Shown here: piece by piece, positions 43,054 to 51,564 of the stretch
Layout of the letters: the number at the start of each line of letters is the position of its first letter
Position numbering within the stretch: the stretch's first letter is position 1
Assembly: GCA_036566745.1 (NCBI GenBank)
Contig: DATCVR010000339.1
Coordinates: 2,580-66,579, forward strand
Source of the DNA: Jiangellaceae bacterium
GTDB lineage: Bacteria > Actinomycetota > Actinomycetes > Jiangellales > Jiangellaceae
Direction of reading: 5' to 3'
DNA length: 64,000 nucleotides
Notes under the pieces: model-generated
What the model was told of the DNA's origin: nothing
Seen by the model: the letters and a program-made list of their open reading frames with translations, nothing else
Database searches by the model: none
Translations under genes and position numbers: made by a program

Positions 43054-44220
43054 ATGTCTGACCGGGCGAGGGCCGTCGAGGCCCTGAAGGCGCAGCAGAT
43101 CGAGCTACCGTCGTGGGCCTTCGGCAACTCCGGGACGCGGTTCAAGGTGTTCGCCCAGCCCGGTGTGCCCCGTACGCCGGAGGAGAAGATCGACGACGCC
43201 GCCCAGGTGCACGCCTTCACCGGCGCCGCGCCGATCGTGTCGCTGCACATCCCGTGGGACCAGGTCGACGACTACGAGAAGCTCGCCGCTCATGCCCAGG
43301 ACCGTGGCGTCCGCATCGGTGCCATCAACGCCAACGTCTTCCAGGACGACGAGTACCTGCTCGGCAGCGTCACCAGCCCGCGGCCGGCCGTCCGCCGCAA
43401 GGCCACCGACCACCTGCTCGCGTGCGTCGAGATCGCCCGGGCCACCGGCTCGCGGGACATCAAGCTGTGGTTCTCCGACGGCACGAACTACCCGGGGCAG
43501 GACAGCATCCGCGCTCGTCAGGACCGCCTGGCCGGCGCGCTGGACGAGGTGTATGCCGCGCTCGGCCCGGACCAGCGCATCCTGCTGGAGTACAAGTTCT
43601 TCGAGCCCGCGTTCTACACCACGGACGTGCCCGACTGGGGCACGTCGTACGCCCACTGCCTGCGCCTCGGCGACCAGGCGATGGTCTGTGTCGACACCGG
43701 CCACCACGCGCCCGGCACCAACATCGAGTTCATCGTCGCCTTCCTCGTGCGGGAGGGGAAGCTCGGAGCCTTCGACTTCAATTCCCGCTTCTACGCCGAC
43801 GACGACCTCATGGTCGGGGCCGCCGATCCGTTCCAGCTGTTCCGGATCATGCACGAGATCGTGCAGGCTGGCGTGGTCGAACCGGACTCGGGCATCAACT
43901 TCATGCTCGACCAGTGCCACAACATCGAGCCCAAGATCCCGGCCCAGATCCGGTCGGTGATGAACGTTCAGGAGGCCACCGCGAAGGCTCTGCTGGTGGA
44001 CTCCGAAGCGCTCGCGGCGGCCCAGGCCGCGGGCGACGTCCTGGGCGCCCACGGCGTCCTCATGGACGCCTACGACACCGATGTCCGCCCGATGCTCGCC
44101 GAGATCCGGCAGGAGCAGGGACTCGACCCGGATCCCGTGGCCGCCTTCACCAGGTCGGGCTACCACGAGCGGGTCGTCGACGCTCGCCAGGACGGAGTCC
44201 CGGCCGGCTGGGGAGCCTGA
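43054..44220 (+). CDS. rhaI: L-rhamnose isomerase (actinobacterial/Pseudomonas stutzeri type, xylose-isomerase-like TIM barrel)
   Basis: IELPSWAFGNSGTRFKVF, LHIPWD, DTGHHAPGTNIE, DQCHNIEPK. 388 aa. Confidence 0.88.
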   Translation: MSDRARAVEALKAQQIELPSWAFGNSGTRFKVFAQPGVPRTPEEKIDDAAQVHAFTGAAPIVSLHIPWDQVDDYEKLAAHAQDRGVRIGAINANVFQDDEYLLGSVTSPRPAVRRKATDHLLACVEIARATGSRDIKLWFSDGTNYPGQDSIRARQDRLAGALDEVYAALGPDQRILLEYKFFEPAFYTTDVPDWGTSYAHCLRLGDQAMVCVDTGHHAPGTNIEFIVAFLVREGKLGAFDFNSRFYADDDLMVGAADPFQLFRIMHEIVQAGVVEPDSGINFMLDQCHNIEPKIPAQIRSVMNVQEATAKALLVDSEALAAAQAAGDVLGAHGVLMDAYDTDVRPMLAEIRQEQGLDPDPVAAFTRSGYHERVVDARQDGVPAGWGA

Positions 44221-44286
44221 TGCGCCCGCACCCACGTCTGACCCGTACACACTCACCGTCGAGGTGTCGAGAGAAGAGGATCCGTC

Positions 44287-45741
44287 ATGTCCGTGCTTGA
44301 ACACCGCCGCAGACGTGCCGTCGCCGTGTTCGCGACGCTGGCGGCCACGTCCCTGGTGGCCACTGCCTGTGGTTCGGACTCGGCCGACGGCGGTGACGGT
44401 GACCAGGTCACCATCACGCTGTCCGGGCCGAACCAGTGGAACAACGACCCGCAGAGCTTCGGCCCGGCGTGGGAGGACCTGATCGAGCGGTTCGAGAAGG
44501 CCGAGCCGGACATCAACGTCGAGACCACCGTGCTCCCGATCCCGGAGTTCGCCCAGACGCTGTCGACGCAGCTCTCGGCCGGCACCGCGCCGGAGCTGAT
44601 CTTCAACCAGGCGCCGCACACCCCGGAGCAGATCCATCCCCTCGACGAGTACCTCGAACAGCCGAACCCCTATGTCGACGGCAACGAGAAGTGGGTCGAC
44701 CTGTTCAACCAGGACTACTTCGGGCCGGATGCCAGCGGCGCGCGCAACGCGGCCGGCAACTACGAGTTCATCCCGTTCAACCTGGTGATCGTCGGTCTGT
44801 ACTACAACGCCGACATCCTCGACGAGGCCGGCGTCGAGGCGCCGATCGAGACCTACGGCGACCTGATGGACGCCTGCGCCGACATCAAGGACGCCGGCTA
44901 CGTCCCGTTCTCGATGGACCAGGGCTGGCTGGGTCAGGGCTGGACGCTGGGCACGATCGGCTCGATGCTGCTCAACAAGTACGCCGAGGACTTCAACCAG
45001 TTCGGCGCCGACAACGAGCCCGGCACGGCCCGCCAGCTCACCGGGAAGAGCATGGCCAAGGCGATCCTCACCGGCGAGCTCGACCCCACCACCACGCCCG
45101 AGGTCGCCGAGACGATGACCCTGCTCAAGCAGGTGTTCGACGAGTGCGCCACCCCGAACTGGTCCGGCGTCACCGGCGGAGCCGCCTTCATCGGCTACGA
45201 CGACTTCGTCGGAGGCAGGGCGGCGCTCAGCTACGGCACGAACTTCGCCGCCGAGAACCTCGCCGACGTCGAGTGGGACTGGGGCACCATGCCGTTCCCG
45301 ACCATCGCCGAGGCCGACAGCGACGTCTCGACCGGCCAGGAAGCGCAGTTCGGCGCGGCCGTCGGTGGCACGAGCTACATGATCCCCGCCACCACCGAGG
45401 GCGCGAAGCTCGACGCCGCGGTGAAGTTCCTGCAGTTCGTCAGCAGCCCCGAGGGTGGCCAGCCGTGGCTCGACGGCTCCGGCGGCATCCCGGCGGCGGC
45501 CGAGGCCGAGCCCGCGCCCGGACTCGAGGGCCTGATGTCCGGGGCGTGGTTCGAGACGCCCACCGTGCCGGCGATCACCTTCGTGCCCAAGGCCAGGGCC
45601 GGTCAGTCGGTGTACGACGGCTTCCTCCTCGGCACCAAGTCGCTGGAGGACCAGCTGGCCGAGATGAAGAGCGACTGGACGGAATGGGCCAAGGAGCAGG
45701 CCGTCGACGGTGGCTGGACCGACGACTGGGCCCAGGGATAG
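44287..45741 (+). CDS. ABC transporter sugar-binding lipoprotein (family 1 SBP)
   Basis: Signal peptide with lipobox LVATAC, 484 aa. It lies in the rha operon, separate from the permease genes. Confidence 0.85.
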   Translation: MSVLEHRRRRAVAVFATLAATSLVATACGSDSADGGDGDQVTITLSGPNQWNNDPQSFGPAWEDLIERFEKAEPDINVETTVLPIPEFAQTLSTQLSAGTAPELIFNQAPHTPEQIHPLDEYLEQPNPYVDGNEKWVDLFNQDYFGPDASGARNAAGNYEFIPFNLVIVGLYYNADILDEAGVEAPIETYGDLMDACADIKDAGYVPFSMDQGWLGQGWTLGTIGSMLLNKYAEDFNQFGADNEPGTARQLTGKSMAKAILTGELDPTTTPEVAETMTLLKQVFDECATPNWSGVTGGAAFIGYDDFVGGRAALSYGTNFAAENLADVEWDWGTMPFPTIAEADSDVSTGQEAQFGAAVGGTSYMIPATTEGAKLDAAVKFLQFVSSPEGGQPWLDGSGGIPAAAEAEPAPGLEGLMSGAWFETPTVPAITFVPKARAGQSVYDGFLLGTKSLEDQLAEMKSDWTEWAKEQAVDGGWTDDWAQG

Positions 45742-45755
45742 GAACCCTGACCTGC

Positions 45756-45798
45756 GAGCCGGCCGGGGTGAGCTGCGTCGCCAGCCCCCGGCCGGCTC
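45756..45798 (+). terminator. Perfect 13-bp stem hairpin after the SBP gene (attenuator/mRNA-stabiliser or terminator)
   Basis: GAGCCGGCCGGGG (45756-45768) pairs with CCCCGGCCGGCTC (45786-45798), with a 17-nt loop. Confidence 0.45.
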
Positions 45799-45874
45799 GT
45801 GTGAACAGCCTCGTGTGACCAGTCAGCGCGCCGCCGGGCCCGGACCGGCGGCGCCCGAGCGAGAGGTGCCAGCG

Positions 45875-46261
45875 ATGCCGCGGGTGTGTTTCCTGTCCCG
45901 CATCAAGCCGGATCGGCTCGAGGAGTACCGCGCCCGCCACCGCGCGGTGTGGCCGGAGATGGTGCGAGCGCTGCACGACGCCGGCTGGCGCAACTACTCG
46001 CTCTTCGTCACCGCCGAGGGCGTCCTCGTCGGGTACTACGAGATCGACGATCCCGACGCAGGCAACCAGGCCATGGCCGCCGCGGAGGTCAACGCCCGCT
46101 GGCAGGCCGAGATGGGGGAGTACTTCGTCGACACCGACGGTCAGCGCCCCGACGAGAGCTTCAGCCCGCTCGAGGAGGCCTTCAACCTGGCCGAGCACCT
46201 CGATCGTTATGGTCGCGACGGAGAGTCCGCACGTGGCCACGACACCGGAGAGCACTCATGA
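45875..46261 (+). CDS. rhaM: L-rhamnose mutarotase
   Basis: RIKPDRLEEYRARHRAVWPEM...AGWRNYSLF...YYE, a typical RhaM/YiiL pattern. Start at ATG 45875 after GAGAGG. Confidence 0.85.
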   Translation: MPRVCFLSRIKPDRLEEYRARHRAVWPEMVRALHDAGWRNYSLFVTAEGVLVGYYEIDDPDAGNQAMAAAEVNARWQAEMGEYFVDTDGQRPDESFSPLEEAFNLAEHLDRYGRDGESARGHDTGEHS

Positions 46262-47010
46262 TCAGCTTCGAGGACCAGTCGGCCGTCGTGGTCGGAGCCG
46301 GCGCGGGCATCGGCCGAGCGGCCGCCTTGGCGCTCGCGGAGCTCGGCGCCGCTGTGACCTGCGTCGACCGGGACGAGGAGGCCGCGGCCAAGGTCGCGGC
46401 CGAGATCGGTGCGGCGCACGGAGCCGCGACGTCGGTGGGTGCCGACATCACCGACCCGCCCGCAGTGCGGTCGGCCTTCGCGCTCGCCACGGCCGCCCAC
46501 GGGCAGGTCCACGCGGTGGTGAACTGCGCCGGCATCACCGGGCAGACCGGCGCGCCCAGCCACGAGGTGAGCCTCGACGACTTCGAACGCGTCTACCGCG
46601 TCAACGTGGTGGGGGCGCTCGTGGTCAGCCAGGTGGCGGTCGAGCACATGCTGCCGCACGGCTACGGCCGGATCGTCCACGTCGCCTCGATCAGCGGCAA
46701 GGACGGCAACCCGAACATGGTGGCCTACTCGTCGTCCAAGGCCGCCCTGATCGGCATGGTCAAAGCCCAGGGCAAGGAGTACGCGCAGTCGGGCATCACC
46801 GTCAACGCCATCGCGCCCGCCGTCATCCGCACCGACATGGTCGACGCGATGCCCGACGACGTCGTGGCGTACATGGTGTCCAAGATCCCGATGGGCCGCA
46901 CGGGCGAGTTGTCCGAGGCAGCGTCCCTGATCGCCTTCGCGGCGTCGTCGGTGTGCAGCTTCACCACCGGGTTCACCTTCGACCTGACCGGCGGCCGGGC
47001 CACCTACTGA
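46258..47010 (+). CDS. Short-chain dehydrogenase/reductase (candidate L-rhamnose 1-dehydrogenase or KDR 4-dehydrogenase)
   Basis: VVGAGAGIGRA, NCAG, and YSSSK catalytic motifs. ATGA overlap with the rhaM stop. Confidence 0.8.
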   Translation: MISFEDQSAVVVGAGAGIGRAAALALAELGAAVTCVDRDEEAAAKVAAEIGAAHGAATSVGADITDPPAVRSAFALATAAHGQVHAVVNCAGITGQTGAPSHEVSLDDFERVYRVNVVGALVVSQVAVEHMLPHGYGRIVHVASISGKDGNPNMVAYSSSKAALIGMVKAQGKEYAQSGITVNAIAPAVIRTDMVDAMPDDVVAYMVSKIPMGRTGELSEAASLIAFAASSVCSFTTGFTFDLTGGRATY

Positions 47011-47024
47011 TGCCGCCGGCCACG

Positions 47025-47079
47025 TTGACGACCGCGGCCGCGTTGCCCTAGCGTGGCGCACCGATTGAAACGAATCAAT
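47025..47079 (+). promoter_or_regulatory. Promoter (TTGACG-18-TAGCGT) plus operator ATTGAAACGAATCAAT for rhaEW-rhaB
   Basis: -35 at 47025-47030, -10 at 47049-47054, operator at 47064-47079. Confidence 0.55.
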
Positions 47080-47102
47080 GCACTCGACTCGTGAGGGATG
47101 AC

Positions 47103-49142
47103 ATGGCCAGCGACAGTCCCGTCTCCGCCCTGGTCGACCGGAGCAACCGGCTCGGTTCGGACCCGCGCAACACGAACTTCGCCGGCGGGAACACCTCGGC
47201 CAAGGGGACCGGCGTCGACCCGGTGACCGGCGAGGACGTCGAGCTGCTGTGGGTCAAGGGCTCGGGCGGCGACCTCGGCACGCTGACCTCCGCGGGGCTG
47301 GCCACGCTCCGCCTTGACCGGCTGCGCGCGCTCGCGGGGGTCTACCCCGGCGTCGAGGCCGAGGACGAGATGGTCGCGGCGTTCGACTACTGCCTGCACG
47401 GCAAGGGCGGCGCGGCGCCGTCGATCGACACCGCGATGCACGGGCTCCTCGACGTCGCCCACGTGGACCACCTGCACCCCGACTCCGGCATCGCCCTGGC
47501 CACGGCGGCCGACGGCGAGGCGCTGACCGAGGAGTGCTTCGGCGGGCGCGTGGTGTGGGTGCCCTGGCGCCGTCCCGGGTTCCAGCTGGGCCTGGACATC
47601 GCGGCGATCGCGGCCGAGTTCCCGCAGGCGATCGGCTGCGTCCTCGCCGGCCACGGCATCACCGCCTGGGGGTCCACCAGCGACGAGTGCGAGAGCCGCT
47701 CGCTGGAGATCATCCGGACCGCCGAGGCCTTCCTCGCCGAGCGCGGGGTGGCCGAGCCGTTCGGAGCGGTGGTCCCGGGGTTCGAGGCCCTGGCCGCGGA
47801 CGAGCGCCGGGCCCGGGCGGCCGCGCTGGCACCGATCGTGCGCGGGCTGGCGTCGACCGACCAGCCCCAGGTCGGCCACTTCACCGACGCCGACGTGGTC
47901 CTCGACTTCCTGTCCCGTGAGAAGCTGCGGACGCTCGCCGCCCTGGGCACGTCGTGCCCCGACCACTTCCTGCGTACGAAGGTGCGTCCGCTCGTCCTCG
48001 ACCTGCCGGCGGCAGCGACGGTCGAGGAGTCGGTCACCCGGCTGCGTGAGCTGCACGAGGAGTACCGCGCCGAGTACGCCGCGTACTACGAGCGCCACGC
48101 CGAGCCGGACAGCCCGGCGATGCGTGGCGCCGACCCGGCGATCGTGCTGGTGCCGGGCGTGGGCATGTTCAGCTTCGGCAAGGACGCCCAGACCGCGCGC
48201 GTGGCCGGCGAGTTCTACGTCAACGCGATCAACGTCATGCGGGGCGCCGAAGCCGTCTCCACGTACGCCCCCATCCCGGAGAGCGAGAAGTTCCGGATCG
48301 AGTACTGGACCCTCGAGGAGGCCAAGCTCCGGCGGATGCCCACGCCGAGGCCGCTGGCCTCCAGGGTCGCCCTTGTGACCGGCGCGGGCTCCGGCATCGG
48401 CAGGGCGATCGCCACCCGGCTCGCCGCAGAGGGAGCCTGCGTCGTCGTCGCCGACCGTGACGGAGCCGCCGCGGCGGAGGTGGCCGCTGGGCTCGGCAGT
48501 ACCGACGTGGCCCTGCCCGTGACCGTCGACGTCACCGACGAGGCGCAGATCGGGGCCGCGTTCGACGCGGCGGTGCTGGCCTTCGGCGGGGTGGACCTCG
48601 TGGTCAACAACGCCGGGCTCTCGATCTCCAAGCCGCTGCTCGACACCACCGTCGCCGACTGGGACCTCCAGCACGACGTGATGGCCCGCGGGTCGTTCCT
48701 GGTCGCCCGGGAGGCTGCCCGGGTGATGATCGACCAGGGACTCGGCGGCGACCTCGTCTATATCGCCAGCAAGAACGGCGTCTTCGCCGGACCCAACAAC
48801 ATCGCCTACGGCGCCACCAAGGCCGATCAGGCCCACCAGGTCCGGCTCCTCGCCGCCGAGCTCGGCGAGCACGGCATCCGGGTCAACGGCATCAACCCCG
48901 ACGGCGTGGTGCGCGGCTCCGGCATCTTCGCTTCCGGCTGGGGTGCCAAGCGCGCGGCCGTGTACGGAGTCCCCGAGGAGGAGCTGGGAGCCTTCTACGC
49001 CCAACGCACGCTGCTCAAGCGCGAGGTCCTGCCCGAGCACGTCGCCAACGCGGTGATCGCCCTGACCAGCGGGGAGCTGAGCCACACGACCGGGCTCCAC
49101 ATCCCGGTCGACGCAGGCGTCGCGGCGGCCTTCCTGCGATGA
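47103..49142 (+). CDS. rhaEW: Bifunctional rhamnulose-1-phosphate aldolase / lactaldehyde dehydrogenase (class II aldolase fused to SDR)
   Basis: NFAGGNTSAKG, VKGSGGDLGTL, and the SDR half VTGAGSGIGRA...YGATKA. Start probably ATG 47103 (the ORF-track GTG is at 47091). Confidence 0.88.
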   Translation: MASDSPVSALVDRSNRLGSDPRNTNFAGGNTSAKGTGVDPVTGEDVELLWVKGSGGDLGTLTSAGLATLRLDRLRALAGVYPGVEAEDEMVAAFDYCLHGKGGAAPSIDTAMHGLLDVAHVDHLHPDSGIALATAADGEALTEECFGGRVVWVPWRRPGFQLGLDIAAIAAEFPQAIGCVLAGHGITAWGSTSDECESRSLEIIRTAEAFLAERGVAEPFGAVVPGFEALAADERRARAAALAPIVRGLASTDQPQVGHFTDADVVLDFLSREKLRTLAALGTSCPDHFLRTKVRPLVLDLPAAATVEESVTRLRELHEEYRAEYAAYYERHAEPDSPAMRGADPAIVLVPGVGMFSFGKDAQTARVAGEFYVNAINVMRGAEAVSTYAPIPESEKFRIEYWTLEEAKLRRMPTPRPLASRVALVTGAGSGIGRAIATRLAAEGACVVVADRDGAAAAEVAAGLGSTDVALPVTVDVTDEAQIGAAFDAAVLAFGGVDLVVNNAGLSISKPLLDTTVADWDLQHDVMARGSFLVAREAARVMIDQGLGGDLVYIASKNGVFAGPNNIAYGATKADQAHQVRLLAAELGEHGIRVNGINPDGVVRGSGIFASGWGAKRAAVYGVPEEELGAFYAQRTLLKREVLPEHVANAVIALTSGELSHTTGLHIPVDAGVAAAFLR

Positions 49143-50587
49143 GCCGGGCGCCACGATCGGCTACGTCCGGCGACGAGCTGGTGGCTGCCGCGGTCGATCT
49201 CGGCGCGTCCAGCGGTCGGGTGGTGGTCGGGCGGATCGGGCCCGAGCGGCTCTCGGCCGAGGTGGTCCACCGGTTCGAGAATCGTCCGGTGCGTCGCGAC
49301 GGCCGGCTGACCTGGGACTTCGATGCCCTGATCACCGGCGTCGTCGACGGGCTACGCCAGGCCGTCGCGCTCAGTGGCGGGCTGGACTCGGTCGGTGTCG
49401 ACGCATGGGCGGTCGACTACGGGCTGCTCGACGCCGAGGGCGGTCTGATCGGCCCGCCGGTGCACTACCGCGACGACCGCACGGCCGGCGCCATGGAGCG
49501 GGCGCGGGCTCGGCTCGGCGACGATCGCCTGTACGACGTGACCGGCGTCCAGTTCCTCCCGTTCAACACGCTGTACCAGCTGATGGCCGAGGACCCGGGT
49601 CGGCTGGCCGCGGCGTCGACGCTGCTGATGGTCCCCGATCTCGTGGTGCACGTCCTGACCGGGGCCGTCGGCGCAGAGCGGACCAACGCCTCGACCACCC
49701 AGTTCTACGACGTCGGCCGGGGCGAATGGGCCGGCGACCTGCTGAGCGACCTCGGCCTGCCCACTCACCTCCTGCCCGGCCTGCACGACCCCGGAGCCCG
49801 GCGCGGATCGTTGCTCGGGCCGGTGCGCGAGCGGATCGGCGACGACGGCCGGGCGGTCGTGCGCGCGGTCGCCTCGCACGACACTGCATCCGCGGTGGCG
49901 GCGGTGCCGGCGCGGGACGAGCGATTCGCCTACATCTCGTGCGGGACGTGGTCGCTGGTCGGTGTCGAGCTCGACGCGCCGGTGCGGACCGCCGCCAGCC
50001 GGGCCGCGAACTTCACCAACGAGGTGGGCGTCGACGGAACCGTGCGCTTCCTGCGCAACGTCATGGGCCTGTGGCCACTGCAGGAGTGCCTGCGGCACTG
50101 GGCCGAGCGAGGCGGGCCGTCCGACCTGGCGGGGCTTCTGGCGGCGGCCGAGAGTGAGCCGCCTCGGCGCAGCGTGATCGACGCCGAGGCCCCTGAGCTG
50201 TTGCCGCCCGGCGACATGCCCGCGCGGATCGCCGCACTGTGCCGGAGCGCCGGCCAGCCGGTACCGGCCTCACCTGCGGCGTCCGTGCGGTGCATCCTCG
50301 ACAGTCTCGCGATCGGGCACGCCCGGGCCGTCCGTGCCGCGCGGGAGCTGTCCGGCCAGGCGGTCGAGGCGATCCACCTCGTGGGCGGCGGCGCTCGCAA
50401 CCGCCTGCTGGCCCAGCTCACGGCCGACGCCGCGGGGCTGCCGGTGATCGCGGGACCGGTCGAGGCGACGGCGCTGGGCAATCTGCTGGTCCAGGCCCGG
50501 TCGGCCGGTGTGCTGGGTAGCCGCGACGAGGCGCGGGCGCTCGTGGCGGACACCCAGCCGGTGGAGCGGGTCGAGCCGGCGACCTGA
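49139..50587 (+). CDS. rhaB: Rhamnulokinase (FGGY family)
   Basis: AAVDLGASSGRVVVG and HLVGGGARN. ATGA overlap with the rhaEW stop. Confidence 0.88.
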   Translation: MSRAPRSATSGDELVAAAVDLGASSGRVVVGRIGPERLSAEVVHRFENRPVRRDGRLTWDFDALITGVVDGLRQAVALSGGLDSVGVDAWAVDYGLLDAEGGLIGPPVHYRDDRTAGAMERARARLGDDRLYDVTGVQFLPFNTLYQLMAEDPGRLAAASTLLMVPDLVVHVLTGAVGAERTNASTTQFYDVGRGEWAGDLLSDLGLPTHLLPGLHDPGARRGSLLGPVRERIGDDGRAVVRAVASHDTASAVAAVPARDERFAYISCGTWSLVGVELDAPVRTAASRAANFTNEVGVDGTVRFLRNVMGLWPLQECLRHWAERGGPSDLAGLLAAAESEPPRRSVIDAEAPELLPPGDMPARIAALCRSAGQPVPASPAASVRCILDSLAIGHARAVRAARELSGQAVEAIHLVGGGARNRLLAQLTADAAGLPVIAGPVEATALGNLLVQARSAGVLGSRDEARALVADTQPVERVEPAT

Positions 50588-50633
50588 CCGGGGGGCGGGC
50601 ACCGGTGCCCTGGTCGCATCGCTGTCCGTCCGC

Positions 50634-51554
50634 TTGCAGAGCTCGGCGCTCGCCGCGGCGCGACGATGCGGCGACCGGCGGGAGGAGTCCCGAGCCGAGA
50701 ACGCGCTGGGTTCCGCCACCGCGCGGATGGGTGTCCACGACCAGGCCCAGCGGCACCACGAGCGGGCACTGGAGCTCGCCCGCGACGCCGGCGACCGGAT
50801 GCTCCAGGCAGCCGCGCTGAACAACCTCGGCGTGCTCCATCGGCTGATGGGCTTTCTGCGCAAGTTACATCTGGACTTCGGCGCGGCGCTCGATCTCTGC
50901 CGCGCCGAGGGCGACGAGCAGCGGGCATGTATCGCCCTCGGCAACCTCGGTGACAACCTCGTACAGCTCGGCGAGTACGACGCCGCCCGCACGTACATCG
51001 ACGAAGCACACGACGTGTCGATCGCCGTGGGGAACAGCCATCTCCAGGCATGGGCGCGTCGATGCCGGGCTTCGATCCTCGAGGCGAGCGGTGATCCGGC
51101 GAGCGCGCTCGCCGTCGCCCAGCTGGCCATCGAGTCGGCCCGTCGGGGTGGCGATCGGCTGATCGAGTGCGAGGCGGTCGAGACGATGGCGCTGGCGCAC
51201 GTGACGCTGGGCGACCACGAACGCGCTGGCGAGCTCTTCGCCACCGCGCACGACATCGCCCGTGAACTCGGTGACCACGGGATGATCGTCGACACGCTCG
51301 AAGGCCGCGGGCGCGCGCTGGCCGCCACCGACCCAGGGTCGGCGATCGACCTGCTCGGCCAGGCACACACCCTGGCCCGCCGCCATGGCATGCGCCTGCG
51401 TGAGGCCAAGGCGTGCCTGGCTCTCGCGGATGTCCATGAGAAGGCAGGCGACGCCGTAGCTGCCCGTGACCGGCTGGAGAACGCCCTCCGACTGTGCGAG
51501 GAGATCGACGATCCGCGCGCTGAGACGATCCGCGCTCGGCTGGCGGCCGCGTGA
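50634..51554 (+). CDS. Tetratricopeptide-repeat protein; start codon unresolved (TTG 50634 or ATG 50727)
   Basis: Repeated 34-40-aa helical units (ALNNLGVLHRLMG.., ALGNLGDNLVQLGEYDAARTY...). No N-terminal output domain and no clear SD. Confidence 0.45.
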   Translation: MQSSALAAARRCGDRREESRAENALGSATARMGVHDQAQRHHERALELARDAGDRMLQAAALNNLGVLHRLMGFLRKLHLDFGAALDLCRAEGDEQRACIALGNLGDNLVQLGEYDAARTYIDEAHDVSIAVGNSHLQAWARRCRASILEASGDPASALAVAQLAIESARRGGDRLIECEAVETMALAHVTLGDHERAGELFATAHDIARELGDHGMIVDTLEGRGRALAATDPGSAIDLLGQAHTLARRHGMRLREAKACLALADVHEKAGDAVAARDRLENALRLCEEIDDPRAETIRARLAAA

Positions 51555-51564
51555 TCGAGCCCGG

